Assembly (NCBI GenBank): GCA_039715015.1
Contig: JBDLIE010000038.1
Coordinates: forward strand, 1 to 24,518
Reading direction: 5' to 3'
DNA from: Thermodesulfobacteriota bacterium
GTDB taxonomy: Bacteria > Desulfobacterota > Desulfobulbia > Desulfobulbales > SURF-16
Length of the DNA: 24,518 nt
A program made the position numbers and the translations under genes. How positions within the stretch are numbered: position 1 is the stretch's first letter; each line of letters begins with the position of its first letter. Below are positions 9,985 through 17,693 of the stretch, piece after piece. Below the pieces are notes generated by a model. That model saw nothing but the letters and a program-made list of their open reading frames with translations, was not told where the DNA came from and made no database searches.

Positions 9985-10230
9985 ATGAAAACAGTAACCC
10001 TCTATCATTCCGTCTTGTGACCCCGCTGTCATCTGGCAGGCCGTGCGCTTGCTCAACTTCAAGAAGAATTTCCAGAGTTGGAAATCAATCAGGTTGATGT
10101 AACCATGCATCCGAAGAAAGCCTGGCAGGCAGGAATACGGATGGTCCCCTGCCTCGTAGCTGGGGACAAAAAGATGAGCGGCATCATGCTCAGCAAGAAA
10201 AAGATTCGTTCCTTTATCAAGCAGCTTTAA
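9985..10230 (+). CDS. Putative selenoprotein, thioredoxin/glutaredoxin-like, UxxC motif (81 aa; in-frame TGA at 10018-10020 read as Sec)
   Basis: Manual translation: MKTVTLYHSVL(U)PRCHLAGRALAQLQEEFPELEINQVDVTMHPKKAWQAGIRMVPCLVAGDKKMSGIMLSKKKIRSFIKQL*. It shows beta1 + (U)PRC + helix, beta2 EINQVDV and a cis-Pro-type GIRMVP loop, and it fills the gap between cyaA and the convergent hydrolase. Confidence 0.82.
10035..10053 (+). promoter_or_regulatory. Candidate bacterial SECIS stem-loop downstream of the in-frame UGA
   Basis: GGCAGGC-CGTGC-GCTTGCT forms a 7-bp stem (two G-U pairs) with a GU-containing loop 22-26 nt after the UGA. Confidence 0.5.
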
Positions 10231-10242
10231 AACTCAATGGTT

Positions 10243-11004
10243 TCAGGGTCTGAGCTCACGAACCAACCACTTGCTGATCCGCTCCTCCACTCCTGCCACC
10301 TCGCCAAACATCATGGTGCCGTGGATGGACTCTTGATCAAAAATAACAAGCTGCGCCCCGCGGCCTTGCAGGCGCTCATAAATGGTTTTGGCTCCGCGCT
10401 CAGCCTCCTCCTCACTTGTTAAAAGAAGAAGCGGCAGGCCCGGCCAGTGTTCAAGATGGCTCATGGTATCAATGCCCAGATAATCACGCCCCGGTGTCAT
10501 AAGCACCATAGCGGCTATCTCCGGCTTGGCGGCAGCCACCATGTGCATGGCAACACTGCAACCAACACTGGCCCCCACCACACCAATCTTTTGATGGCCA
10601 TGGGCCCGCAACCAGGCCAGGGCGGCCAGACTATCCTGATACATCTCGTTAAAAAATGCTGGGTCGCGATCATCAACCCGAAAAGACTGGTCAACACCGG
10701 CAGCATTGGCACGGCTCTCGCCATGGCCACGCAGATCCACGGCCAACGAGCTAATGCCCTGCCGCTTTAATTCCACCATCAGGGGCTGCCAGCTCTCCTT
10801 TTGCCTTTTAAACATGTGAAGAAGAAGTACAGCAGGCATTGAGGAGTGACCACCATCCACCTTCTCATACCCCCCCACCAATGGGAAGCCGTCTGAGGCA
10901 TGTAAAGTGATCCTTTCACTGCCCCACAAACTCGCCGGCATCATGTTAAAGCACACAGCCAAGGCAGCGGCAGCCAACCAACTCATTTTCTTAACGTGTC
11001 TCAT
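10243..11004 (-). CDS. Secreted/periplasmic alpha/beta-fold hydrolase
   Basis: Signal-peptide-like N-terminus (MRHVKKMSWLAAAALAVCF...), VLLLH, DLRGHGES, GASVG nucleophile elbow, C-terminal HGT. Start moved to ATG 11004, with GGAG 5 nt upstream. Confidence 0.85.
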   Translation of the reverse strand: MRHVKKMSWLAAAALAVCFNMMPASLWGSERITLHASDGFPLVGGYEKVDGGHSSMPAVLLLHMFKRQKESWQPLMVELKRQGISSLAVDLRGHGESRANAAGVDQSFRVDDRDPAFFNEMYQDSLAALAWLRAHGHQKIGVVGASVGCSVAMHMVAAAKPEIAAMVLMTPGRDYLGIDTMSHLEHWPGLPLLLLTSEEEAERGAKTIYERLQGRGAQLVIFDQESIHGTMMFGEVAGVEERISKWLVRELRP

Positions 11005-11099
11005 CAATTCTCCAAAATCCGTGGCAATTCTTGTCTTTCCCAAAAGACATGATTATCATCTTTTGGCAAGATTCTTTTCCCGAAAACAGAGGTCTCTTT

Positions 11100-12062
11100 A
11101 TGGACATTAAATATGGTTTACCCGCTAGCAATAAAGGCGAGTGCAACGATGAGCGTTCGACAACCTGTGAATACCGCTCCCAACTCACTGAGATCGTTGA
11201 TGACTTAGTTCAAAGCTGCTTTTCCAGCGACTGCTTTGAGCATATCAACGCCGACCCTCTGCCTTCAAGGAAAAAAGCCATTGACCTTTTGGAACGTTGT
11301 CAGGACATTCTTTTCCCCGGTTATTTCCGCCATCAGGACATCGACAAGGTCAACCTCGAATATCGAATGGGGCTTGAAGTCTCAGCACTCTATGACCGTT
11401 TGGCCGCGGAAATAACCTATGCCATCCGCCACGAGTGCATACGCCACAACAAAAGCTGCCAGAATTGTGACCAACAAGGAAAACAAAAGGCCTTTGCTTT
11501 CCTGCAATCCCTCGGCAATATCAGAAAAATACTCGCCACTGATGTCAAAGCGGCCTATGAAGGCGATCCAGCCACCAGCAGCTATGATGAGATCATCTTC
11601 TGCTATCCGGGCATCCTGGCTATCACCATCTACCGTATCGCCCACCGACTTTGTGAGCTTGAAATTCCCATTTTGCCTCGTATCATGACAGAGTACGCCC
11701 ATTCCGTGACAGGTATAGATATCCATCCAGGTGCAGAAATAGGCGAATCATTCTTCATTGATCATGGGACCGGTGTGGTCATCGGTCAGACCTGTCTAAT
11801 CGGGACCCAGGTAAAAATTTATCAAGGTGTTACCCTGGGCGCTCTCTCCTTTAAACGGGATGAATCAGGCAATCTTGACCGCCAGAGCAAACGCCACCCC
11901 ACCCTAGAAAATAATGTTACCGTTTATTCCGGCACCACCATCCTCGGTGGTGACACCATCATTGGGGAAAACTCCGTGGTGGGCGGCAATGTGTGGTTGA
12001 CAAAATCCGTACCCGCCAATTCCAAGGTCCTTCTCAACCCGCCGGAGCTTATCATTAAATAG
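11100..12062 (+). CDS. cysE: Serine O-acetyltransferase, long N-terminal (EpsC-like) form
   Basis: ILFPGYF, AAYEGDPA, CYPG, YRIAH, TGIDIHPGA, FFIDHGTGVVIG, IYQGVTLGA and KRHPT motifs. Start ATG 11100 with AGAGG upstream; this avoids overlap with the divergent hydrolase. Confidence 0.92.
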   Translation: MDIKYGLPASNKGECNDERSTTCEYRSQLTEIVDDLVQSCFSSDCFEHINADPLPSRKKAIDLLERCQDILFPGYFRHQDIDKVNLEYRMGLEVSALYDRLAAEITYAIRHECIRHNKSCQNCDQQGKQKAFAFLQSLGNIRKILATDVKAAYEGDPATSSYDEIIFCYPGILAITIYRIAHRLCELEIPILPRIMTEYAHSVTGIDIHPGAEIGESFFIDHGTGVVIGQTCLIGTQVKIYQGVTLGALSFKRDESGNLDRQSKRHPTLENNVTVYSGTTILGGDTIIGENSVVGGNVWLTKSVPANSKVLLNPPELIIK

Positions 12063-12280
12063 ATAGATTATGCCCTTGGGCGTTGGCCAAAATCGTTGCC
12101 ACGCCTCCCCTATTTATCCCCCCTCAGGAGGGCGATATAGGTAAAGCCCCTCTACCACCCAGGCAAACGATAAAAAAACGCAAAAAACGTCCAAAAAACC
12201 CACGAAACAGTAGCATATTTCATAAAACTAGGTTAATTTCTCCTGTCTTTGACATCAACAACGGGCTTTTTGCCGGTTTT

Positions 12281-12300
12281 TTTATGAAAAACTCCACAAA
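12281..12300. promoter_or_regulatory. Imperfect palindrome resembling a Rex or CRP/FNR-family operator upstream of PFOR
   Basis: TTTATGAAAAACTCCACAAA = TTATGA-N6-CCACAA versus TTGTGA-N6-TCACAA (2 mismatches). Confidence 0.3.
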
Positions 12301-12376
12301 ATGTCATTTCGGCTTATGTGGTAAAGAATTCAAATATATTTAAACCCATTACTAAAACACAACAAAAGGAGTGGTT

Positions 12377-15300
12377 ATGTCCAGGAAAATGGTAACCATC
12401 GATGGTAATCAGGCATGTACGCATGTTGCCTATGCTACCAGTGAGGTCATTACAATTTACCCCATTACCCCATCTTCCCCCATGGCTGCCGAGGCTGACG
12501 CCAAGGCCACCGGGATGCAGGAAAATATCTGGGGCTCTGTACCCGTGGTAACTCAGATGCAATCTGAGGGTGGTGTTGCAGGTTCTTTGCACGGTTCCCT
12601 TGCCACTGGTTCTCTCTGTACCACCTTCACCGCCTCTCAGGGTCTCTTTTTAATGATGCCCAACATGTACAAGATCGCCGGTGAGCTGACCCCCACTGTT
12701 TTTCACATTACCGCCCGTTCCGTAGCCTGCCAGGGCCTGTCCATTTTCGGCGACCATGGCGACGTTATGGCTGTCCGCCAGACCGGCTGGGGCATGCTTT
12801 GCTCCCAGAACGTTCAGGAGTGTCAGGACATGGCCCTGATCTCCACCCAGGCCTCTCTGGCTTCCCGGGTACCTTTCATGCATTTCTTTGACGGTTTCCG
12901 GACCTCCCATGAGATCCAGAAGGTTGAGCAGCTCAGCAACGAAGACATGGCAGCTATCATCGATGAGGATCTGGTTATCGCCCATCGCAAGCGGGCCTTG
13001 ACTCCTGATCGCCCTTCCATGCGTGGTACTGCTCAGAATCCTGATGTCTACTTCACCGGTCGTGAGACCGTTAACAAGTATTACAATGCCATCCCTGCTA
13101 TCATCCAGGAGACCATGGACAAGTTCGCGGCCCTCACCGGTCGCCAGTACAACCTCTTTGATTACTACGGCTCCCCAGATGCCACCGACGTTGTAGTCAT
13201 GATGGGTTCCGGTTGTGAGACCGTGGCTGCCACCATCGACTACTTGGTTGCCCAGGGTGCTAAGCTTGGTCTGGTTATTGTTCGCCTCTACCGCCCCTTT
13301 GACTCCAAGGCCATGGTTAATTCCCTGCCTTCCACTGTCAAGCGCATTACTGTTCTTGACCGTACAAAGGAGCCTGGTTCTGCTGGTGAGCCACTGTACC
13401 TCGACGTACGTTGCGCTGTTGGCGAGGCCACTGAAGCCAATGCTGCTGCTTCTAAGCCTATTATCCTTTCCGGGCGTTATGGTCTTGGCTCTGCCGAATT
13501 CACTCCCACCATGGTTAAGGCTGTCTTTGACAACATGGCTGGCATGGCTCCTAAGAACCATTTCTGCGTTGGCCCCAACGATGACATAACCTTCTCAAGC
13601 CTTGACTATGATCCAGACTTCAACATCGAAGGCGATGATGTCTACCGTGCCATGTTCTACGGACTGGGTTCTGATGGTACTGTTGGTGCCAACAAGAACA
13701 CCATTAAGATCATCGGTACTGAGACAGACAACTCTGCCCAGGGTTACTTTGTATACGATTCCAAGAAATCTGGTTCCATCACCACCTCGCATCTGCGCTT
13801 TGGCAAGAACCAGGTTGTTGCTCCTTACCTCATTAATAAGGCCAATTTCATTGCCTGTCATAATCCAACCTTCCTGGATCAGTATGACATGGTCGGCAAC
13901 TTGGAAGAAGGCGGCACCTTCCTGCTCACCACCACCCATGATAGCAAGAACATCTGGAAAAACCTGCCCAATACCGTGCAGGCTGACCTGATCGCCAAGA
14001 AGGCCAAGTTCTACATCATTGACGCTATTGCCCTGGGCCAGGCCCTCGGTCTTGGTGCTCGCATTAATATGATCATGCAGACTGCCTTCTTCATGATCTC
14101 CGGCATCCTCACCCAGCAGGAGGCCATTGACGCCATTAAGACTGCCATTAAGAAGACCTATGGCAAGAAGGGCGACAAGGTCGTTCAGATGAACTACGAC
14201 GCCGTTGACGGTGCCATTAAGAACATCGTTGAGGTTAAGCTTGGTAAGTCCACCAAGGGACACGCCATGCCAGACACCGTACCTAGCGATGCCCCTGACT
14301 TTGTCAAGGAAGTAACTGCCACCATGATCCAGGGCAAGGGTGATTCCATCAAGGTATCCCAGATGCCTGACGATGGTTCCTGGCCCACAGCTACTACGCA
14401 GTACGAGAAGCGTAATATCGCGGTTAACGTTCCGGAATGGCTGCCTGAAAACTGTATCCAGTGTGGTCGTTGCTCCCTGGTCTGCCCCCATGCTTCTATC
14501 CGCATGAAGGTCGTGAAAAACCTCAAAGGCGCCACCCCTAAGACTTTCCAGTCCAAGGATGCGGTTGGTAAGGATTTCAAAGGCCGTAAATTCGCTATCC
14601 AGGTTTTCACAGAGGATTGTTGTGGCTGTACTCTCTGCGTGGACACCTGCCCCGGCACCAAGGGCAACAAGGCCCTGGAGATGATCACCAATACCGAAGA
14701 GCTCCGCAAGACCCAGCAGAAGAACGTTAAGTACTTCCTCAGCCTGCCGGAGATTGACCCCACCGAGGTCAACCCTGCCACTGTTAAGGGCAGCCAGCTC
14801 CTGCGTCCCCTCTTTGAGTTCTCCGGTGCCTGTGCCGGTTGTGGTGAGACTCCCTACATCAAGCTTGTGACCCAGATGTTTGGTGACCGTATGCTGATCG
14901 CCAACGCCACTGGTTGTTCCTCCATCTATGGTGGCAACCTGCCCACCACACCTTACTGCCAGCGTGAGGATGGTCGCGGTCCTGCCTGGGCCAACTCCCT
15001 CTTTGAAGACAACGCCGAGTTTGGTCTTGGTATGCGTGCCTCTGTGAGCAAGCTTACCTCCCAGGCCCTTGAGCTTCTGGACAAGGCCGTTGAGGCCAAG
15101 ATCATCCAGCAGAAGATGGCTGACGACATCGCCAAGGCCTCTCAGAAGAGCCAGCAGGAGATCGAGAACCAGCGTGAACGCGTTGGCAAACTGAAGGCCA
15201 AGCTGGCCTCCAAGGGAGACAACGTCATTGCCAAACGTCTGCTTGCAGTTGCCGACTACCTGGTTAAGAAGTCTGTCTGGATCTTTGGTGGTGACGGTTG

Positions 15301-15925
15301 GGCCTATGATATCGGTTATGGTGGTCTTGACCATGTTCTGGCCTCTGGCGAGAACGTCAACGTCATGATCATGGATACCGAGGTATACTCCAACACTGGC
15401 GGTCAGATGTCCAAGTCCACCCCCCGTGCTGCCACAGCCCAGTTTGCTGCGGGCGGCAAGAAGATGCCCAAGAAGGATATCGGCATGATCTTCTCCACCT
15501 ACGGCAACGTCTACGTCGCCAAGGTGAACATGGGTGCCAATCCTGGTCAGGTTGCCAAGGCCATTGCCGAGGCAGAGGCCTATGACGGTCCTTCTCTGGT
15601 CATCGCCTATGCAACCTGCATCAACCACGGAATCAACATGACCAAGGGCCTGCATCAGCAGAAGCTGGCCGCTGACTGTGGTCACTGGCCCCTCTATCGT
15701 TACAACCCAGAGCTCGAAGATGCCGGCAAGAATCCGCTGACCATCGACTCTAAAGAGCCCACCATCAAATTCGAAGAGTATGCACTTACCGAAAACCGCT
15801 ACCGCATGCTGAAGATGATGAATCCGGAGCACGCCGACGAACTCATGGCTCAGTCCCAGAATGATGTGGACAAGGCCTGGAAGTTCCTCAAGGGTCGCGC
15901 TGCAGCTCTTGAGCCTGAGAAATAA
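12377..15925 (+). CDS. nifJ: Pyruvate:ferredoxin (flavodoxin) oxidoreductase, homodimeric single-chain type
   Basis: YPITP, MQSEGG, FTASQGL, GLGSDGTVGANKN, two ferredoxin motifs (CIQCGRCSLVCP, CCGCTLCVDTCP), GACAGCGE and the TPP motif GGDGWAYDIG. Start ATG 12377 after AAGGAG. Confidence 0.98.
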   Translation: MSRKMVTIDGNQACTHVAYATSEVITIYPITPSSPMAAEADAKATGMQENIWGSVPVVTQMQSEGGVAGSLHGSLATGSLCTTFTASQGLFLMMPNMYKIAGELTPTVFHITARSVACQGLSIFGDHGDVMAVRQTGWGMLCSQNVQECQDMALISTQASLASRVPFMHFFDGFRTSHEIQKVEQLSNEDMAAIIDEDLVIAHRKRALTPDRPSMRGTAQNPDVYFTGRETVNKYYNAIPAIIQETMDKFAALTGRQYNLFDYYGSPDATDVVVMMGSGCETVAATIDYLVAQGAKLGLVIVRLYRPFDSKAMVNSLPSTVKRITVLDRTKEPGSAGEPLYLDVRCAVGEATEANAAASKPIILSGRYGLGSAEFTPTMVKAVFDNMAGMAPKNHFCVGPNDDITFSSLDYDPDFNIEGDDVYRAMFYGLGSDGTVGANKNTIKIIGTETDNSAQGYFVYDSKKSGSITTSHLRFGKNQVVAPYLINKANFIACHNPTFLDQYDMVGNLEEGGTFLLTTTHDSKNIWKNLPNTVQADLIAKKAKFYIIDAIALGQALGLGARINMIMQTAFFMISGILTQQEAIDAIKTAIKKTYGKKGDKVVQMNYDAVDGAIKNIVEVKLGKSTKGHAMPDTVPSDAPDFVKEVTATMIQGKGDSIKVSQMPDDGSWPTATTQYEKRNIAVNVPEWLPENCIQCGRCSLVCPHASIRMKVVKNLKGATPKTFQSKDAVGKDFKGRKFAIQVFTEDCCGCTLCVDTCPGTKGNKALEMITNTEELRKTQQKNVKYFLSLPEIDPTEVNPATVKGSQLLRPLFEFSGACAGCGETPYIKLVTQMFGDRMLIANATGCSSIYGGNLPTTPYCQREDGRGPAWANSLFEDNAEFGLGMRASVSKLTSQALELLDKAVEAKIIQQKMADDIAKASQKSQQEIENQRERVGKLKAKLASKGDNVIAKRLLAVADYLVKKSVWIFGGDGWAYDIGYGGLDHVLASGENVNVMIMDTEVYSNTGGQMSKSTPRAATAQFAAGGKKMPKKDIGMIFSTYGNVYVAKVNMGANPGQVAKAIAEAEAYDGPSLVIAYATCINHGINMTKGLHQQKLAADCGHWPLYRYNPELEDAGKNPLTIDSKEPTIKFEEYALTENRYRMLKMMNPEHADELMAQSQNDVDKAWKFLKGRAAALEPEK

Positions 15926-15948
15926 GAACTCTTTATTTCTTAAGTGAT

Positions 15949-15989
15949 AAAAAAGGGCGATGTGGAAATTTCCACATCGCCCTTTTTTT
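15949..15989. terminator. Bidirectional intrinsic terminator between convergent nifJ and cysC
   Basis: aaaaaagggcgatgtggaaa / tttccacatcgccctttttt is a perfect inverted repeat with U-tracts on both strands. Confidence 0.92.
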
Positions 15990-16034
15990 GTGCTTATCTT
16001 TCAGTGAGGCCCTGCCCCAAACGATCCTAAATCT

Positions 16035-16637
16035 CTAAAGAATAATACCGCGCTCCTTGAGCTCATCAATGATGAGCTTCACACATTCATTAACTGGCTG
16101 CTCACCGGTATTGAGCTCAATATCAGGGGAAGGAGGAGGCTCATAGGGTGAGGAGATTCCGGTATAATTTTTAATTTCTCCCATGCGAGCCTTTTTATAA
16201 AGGCCTTTGACATCCCTCTGCTCGCAGATCTCCAGGGAACAATTACAGTAAACCTCAATCAGATTTTCCTCGCCAAGTATCTCTTTCACCCGCTGCCGAT
16301 CAGCATGGAGCGGTGAGATAAAGGCGGTGAGTGAAATAACCCCTGCATCAAGAAAGAGATTTACCATTTCAGCAATACGGCGCAGATTCTCGCCGCGATC
16401 CTCAAGGCTGAAACCAAGATCACCACAGAGACCATGACGGACATTATCGCCATCAAAGACATAGGTGCGGCAGCCCATGAGATGAAGGCGTTCCTCCACA
16501 GCATGGGCCAGGGTGGACTTGCCAGAACCGGAAAGTCCGGTAAACCAGAGATTAGCACTCATGTGACCATTCAAGGTCTCACGCCGTGAACGAATCACGG
16601 CAGCGCGATGGCGCACAACATTTGGCGATGTAGTCAT
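16035..16637 (-). CDS. cysC: Adenylyl-sulfate (APS) kinase
   Basis: WFTGLSGSGKST P-loop, DGDNVRHGLCGDLGFS, FISP, RDVKGLYKKAR, TGISSPYEPP. Confidence 0.96.
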   Translation of the reverse strand: MTTSPNVVRHRAAVIRSRRETLNGHMSANLWFTGLSGSGKSTLAHAVEERLHLMGCRTYVFDGDNVRHGLCGDLGFSLEDRGENLRRIAEMVNLFLDAGVISLTAFISPLHADRQRVKEILGEENLIEVYCNCSLEICEQRDVKGLYKKARMGEIKNYTGISSPYEPPPSPDIELNTGEQPVNECVKLIIDELKERGIIL

Positions 16638-16706
16638 GATCTTTCACTCATTTCTTCGTGGAAATCCTTTGCACATTTCAGCTTGAGTAGCGAGGTCGTA
16701 AAGGCC

Positions 16707-17663
16707 CTATTTAGGGACCCTGGCTTCTTCAAGATAGGTTACCAAATCCCCTAATCCTCGCTCAAAAGAAAACGACTGCTTAAAATCAAAGTTTTTTTCA
16801 AGGAGGCTGATATCAGCCAGGGAATGTTTGACATCTCCTTGGCGTGGTGGCTGGTGCATAAGCTCAAGGGAGTTGCCAAGCAAGATGCCAAGCTGGTCAA
16901 CTAAATCAATAAGACTGGTCTGCGTTCCCGTTCCGACATTCACCGGTCCAGTTACTAGAGATTGTGAAGTCAGAGCTTTGACAAGAATTTTCACCAAGTC
17001 TGTGACATAAATAAAATCGCGGGTCTGCTCACCATCACCATAGATGGTAAGCGGTTGTTGGGCCAAAGCTCGATCAACAAAAATACTTATCACCCCTGAA
17101 TAAGGGGATGACGGGTCTTGCCTGGGGCCAAAAACGTTAAAAAAGCGAAAAATAACAGGCTCAAGTCCGTATTCACGGCCATAAAAATCTAAATAATATT
17201 CACTTGCCAATTTATCTGCAGCATATGGGGTCAGGGGTTGTAAAGATGATTTTTCTGAAATGGGCAGGGGTGCACCGTTACCATAAACAGCAGCCGATGA
17301 AGCAAAAAGAAAACGTTTCACCTTATGGCGCCGACACGCCTCAAGAAGATTGAGAGTGCCGATAAAATTTGAGGCATGGGTGCCGGCAGGGTCTTCAACA
17401 GATGCCTGAACAGAGGCCACTGCTGCAAAATGAACTATGGAGGAGACACCTTGAACCGCCTGATCAACAACCTGAGGATCAGCAACATCACCCTCGACAA
17501 TCTCAAGCCCTTCATGATCTTGGGGGAGGTTGGCATATTTACCCGTGGAGAAGTTATCAAGTATCCTGACCAGGAACCCCTCAGCCAACAGGGCCTCAAC
17601 CAGGTGTGAACCTATGAAGCCCGCACCACCGGTGACAAGAATCTTCTTTGCTGTTTCTGGCAT
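16707..17663 (-). CDS. NAD-dependent NDP-sugar epimerase/dehydratase (extended SDR; UDP-hexose/HexNAc 4-epimerase-like)
   Basis: TGGAGFIGS, ASSAAVYG, YAADK (YxxxK), RFFNVFGPRQDPSSPYSGVIS, GDGEQTRDFIYV. Confidence 0.92.
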   Translation of the reverse strand: MPETAKKILVTGGAGFIGSHLVEALLAEGFLVRILDNFSTGKYANLPQDHEGLEIVEGDVADPQVVDQAVQGVSSIVHFAAVASVQASVEDPAGTHASNFIGTLNLLEACRRHKVKRFLFASSAAVYGNGAPLPISEKSSLQPLTPYAADKLASEYYLDFYGREYGLEPVIFRFFNVFGPRQDPSSPYSGVISIFVDRALAQQPLTIYGDGEQTRDFIYVTDLVKILVKALTSQSLVTGPVNVGTGTQTSLIDLVDQLGILLGNSLELMHQPPRQGDVKHSLADISLLEKNFDFKQSFSFERGLGDLVTYLEEARVPK

Positions 17664-17693
17664 ATTTTTTAAAAATAGAGCCTCAGCCCAAAA

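Noticed and set aside
10105..10230. Reading the cyaA-downstream ORF as a 41-aa peptide from Met41, or as a pseudogene
   Set aside because: The stop lies exactly at the catalytic Cys position, the frame is otherwise intact, and a SECIS-like hairpin follows. Sec recoding is the more parsimonious reading, though unproven.
13595..15832. 745-aa antisense ORF (and the 303-aa ORF at 12650-13561) opposite nifJ
   Set aside because: Shadow frames of a highly codon-biased gene that avoids TTA/CTA/TCA; no recognisable motifs and complete overlap with PFOR.
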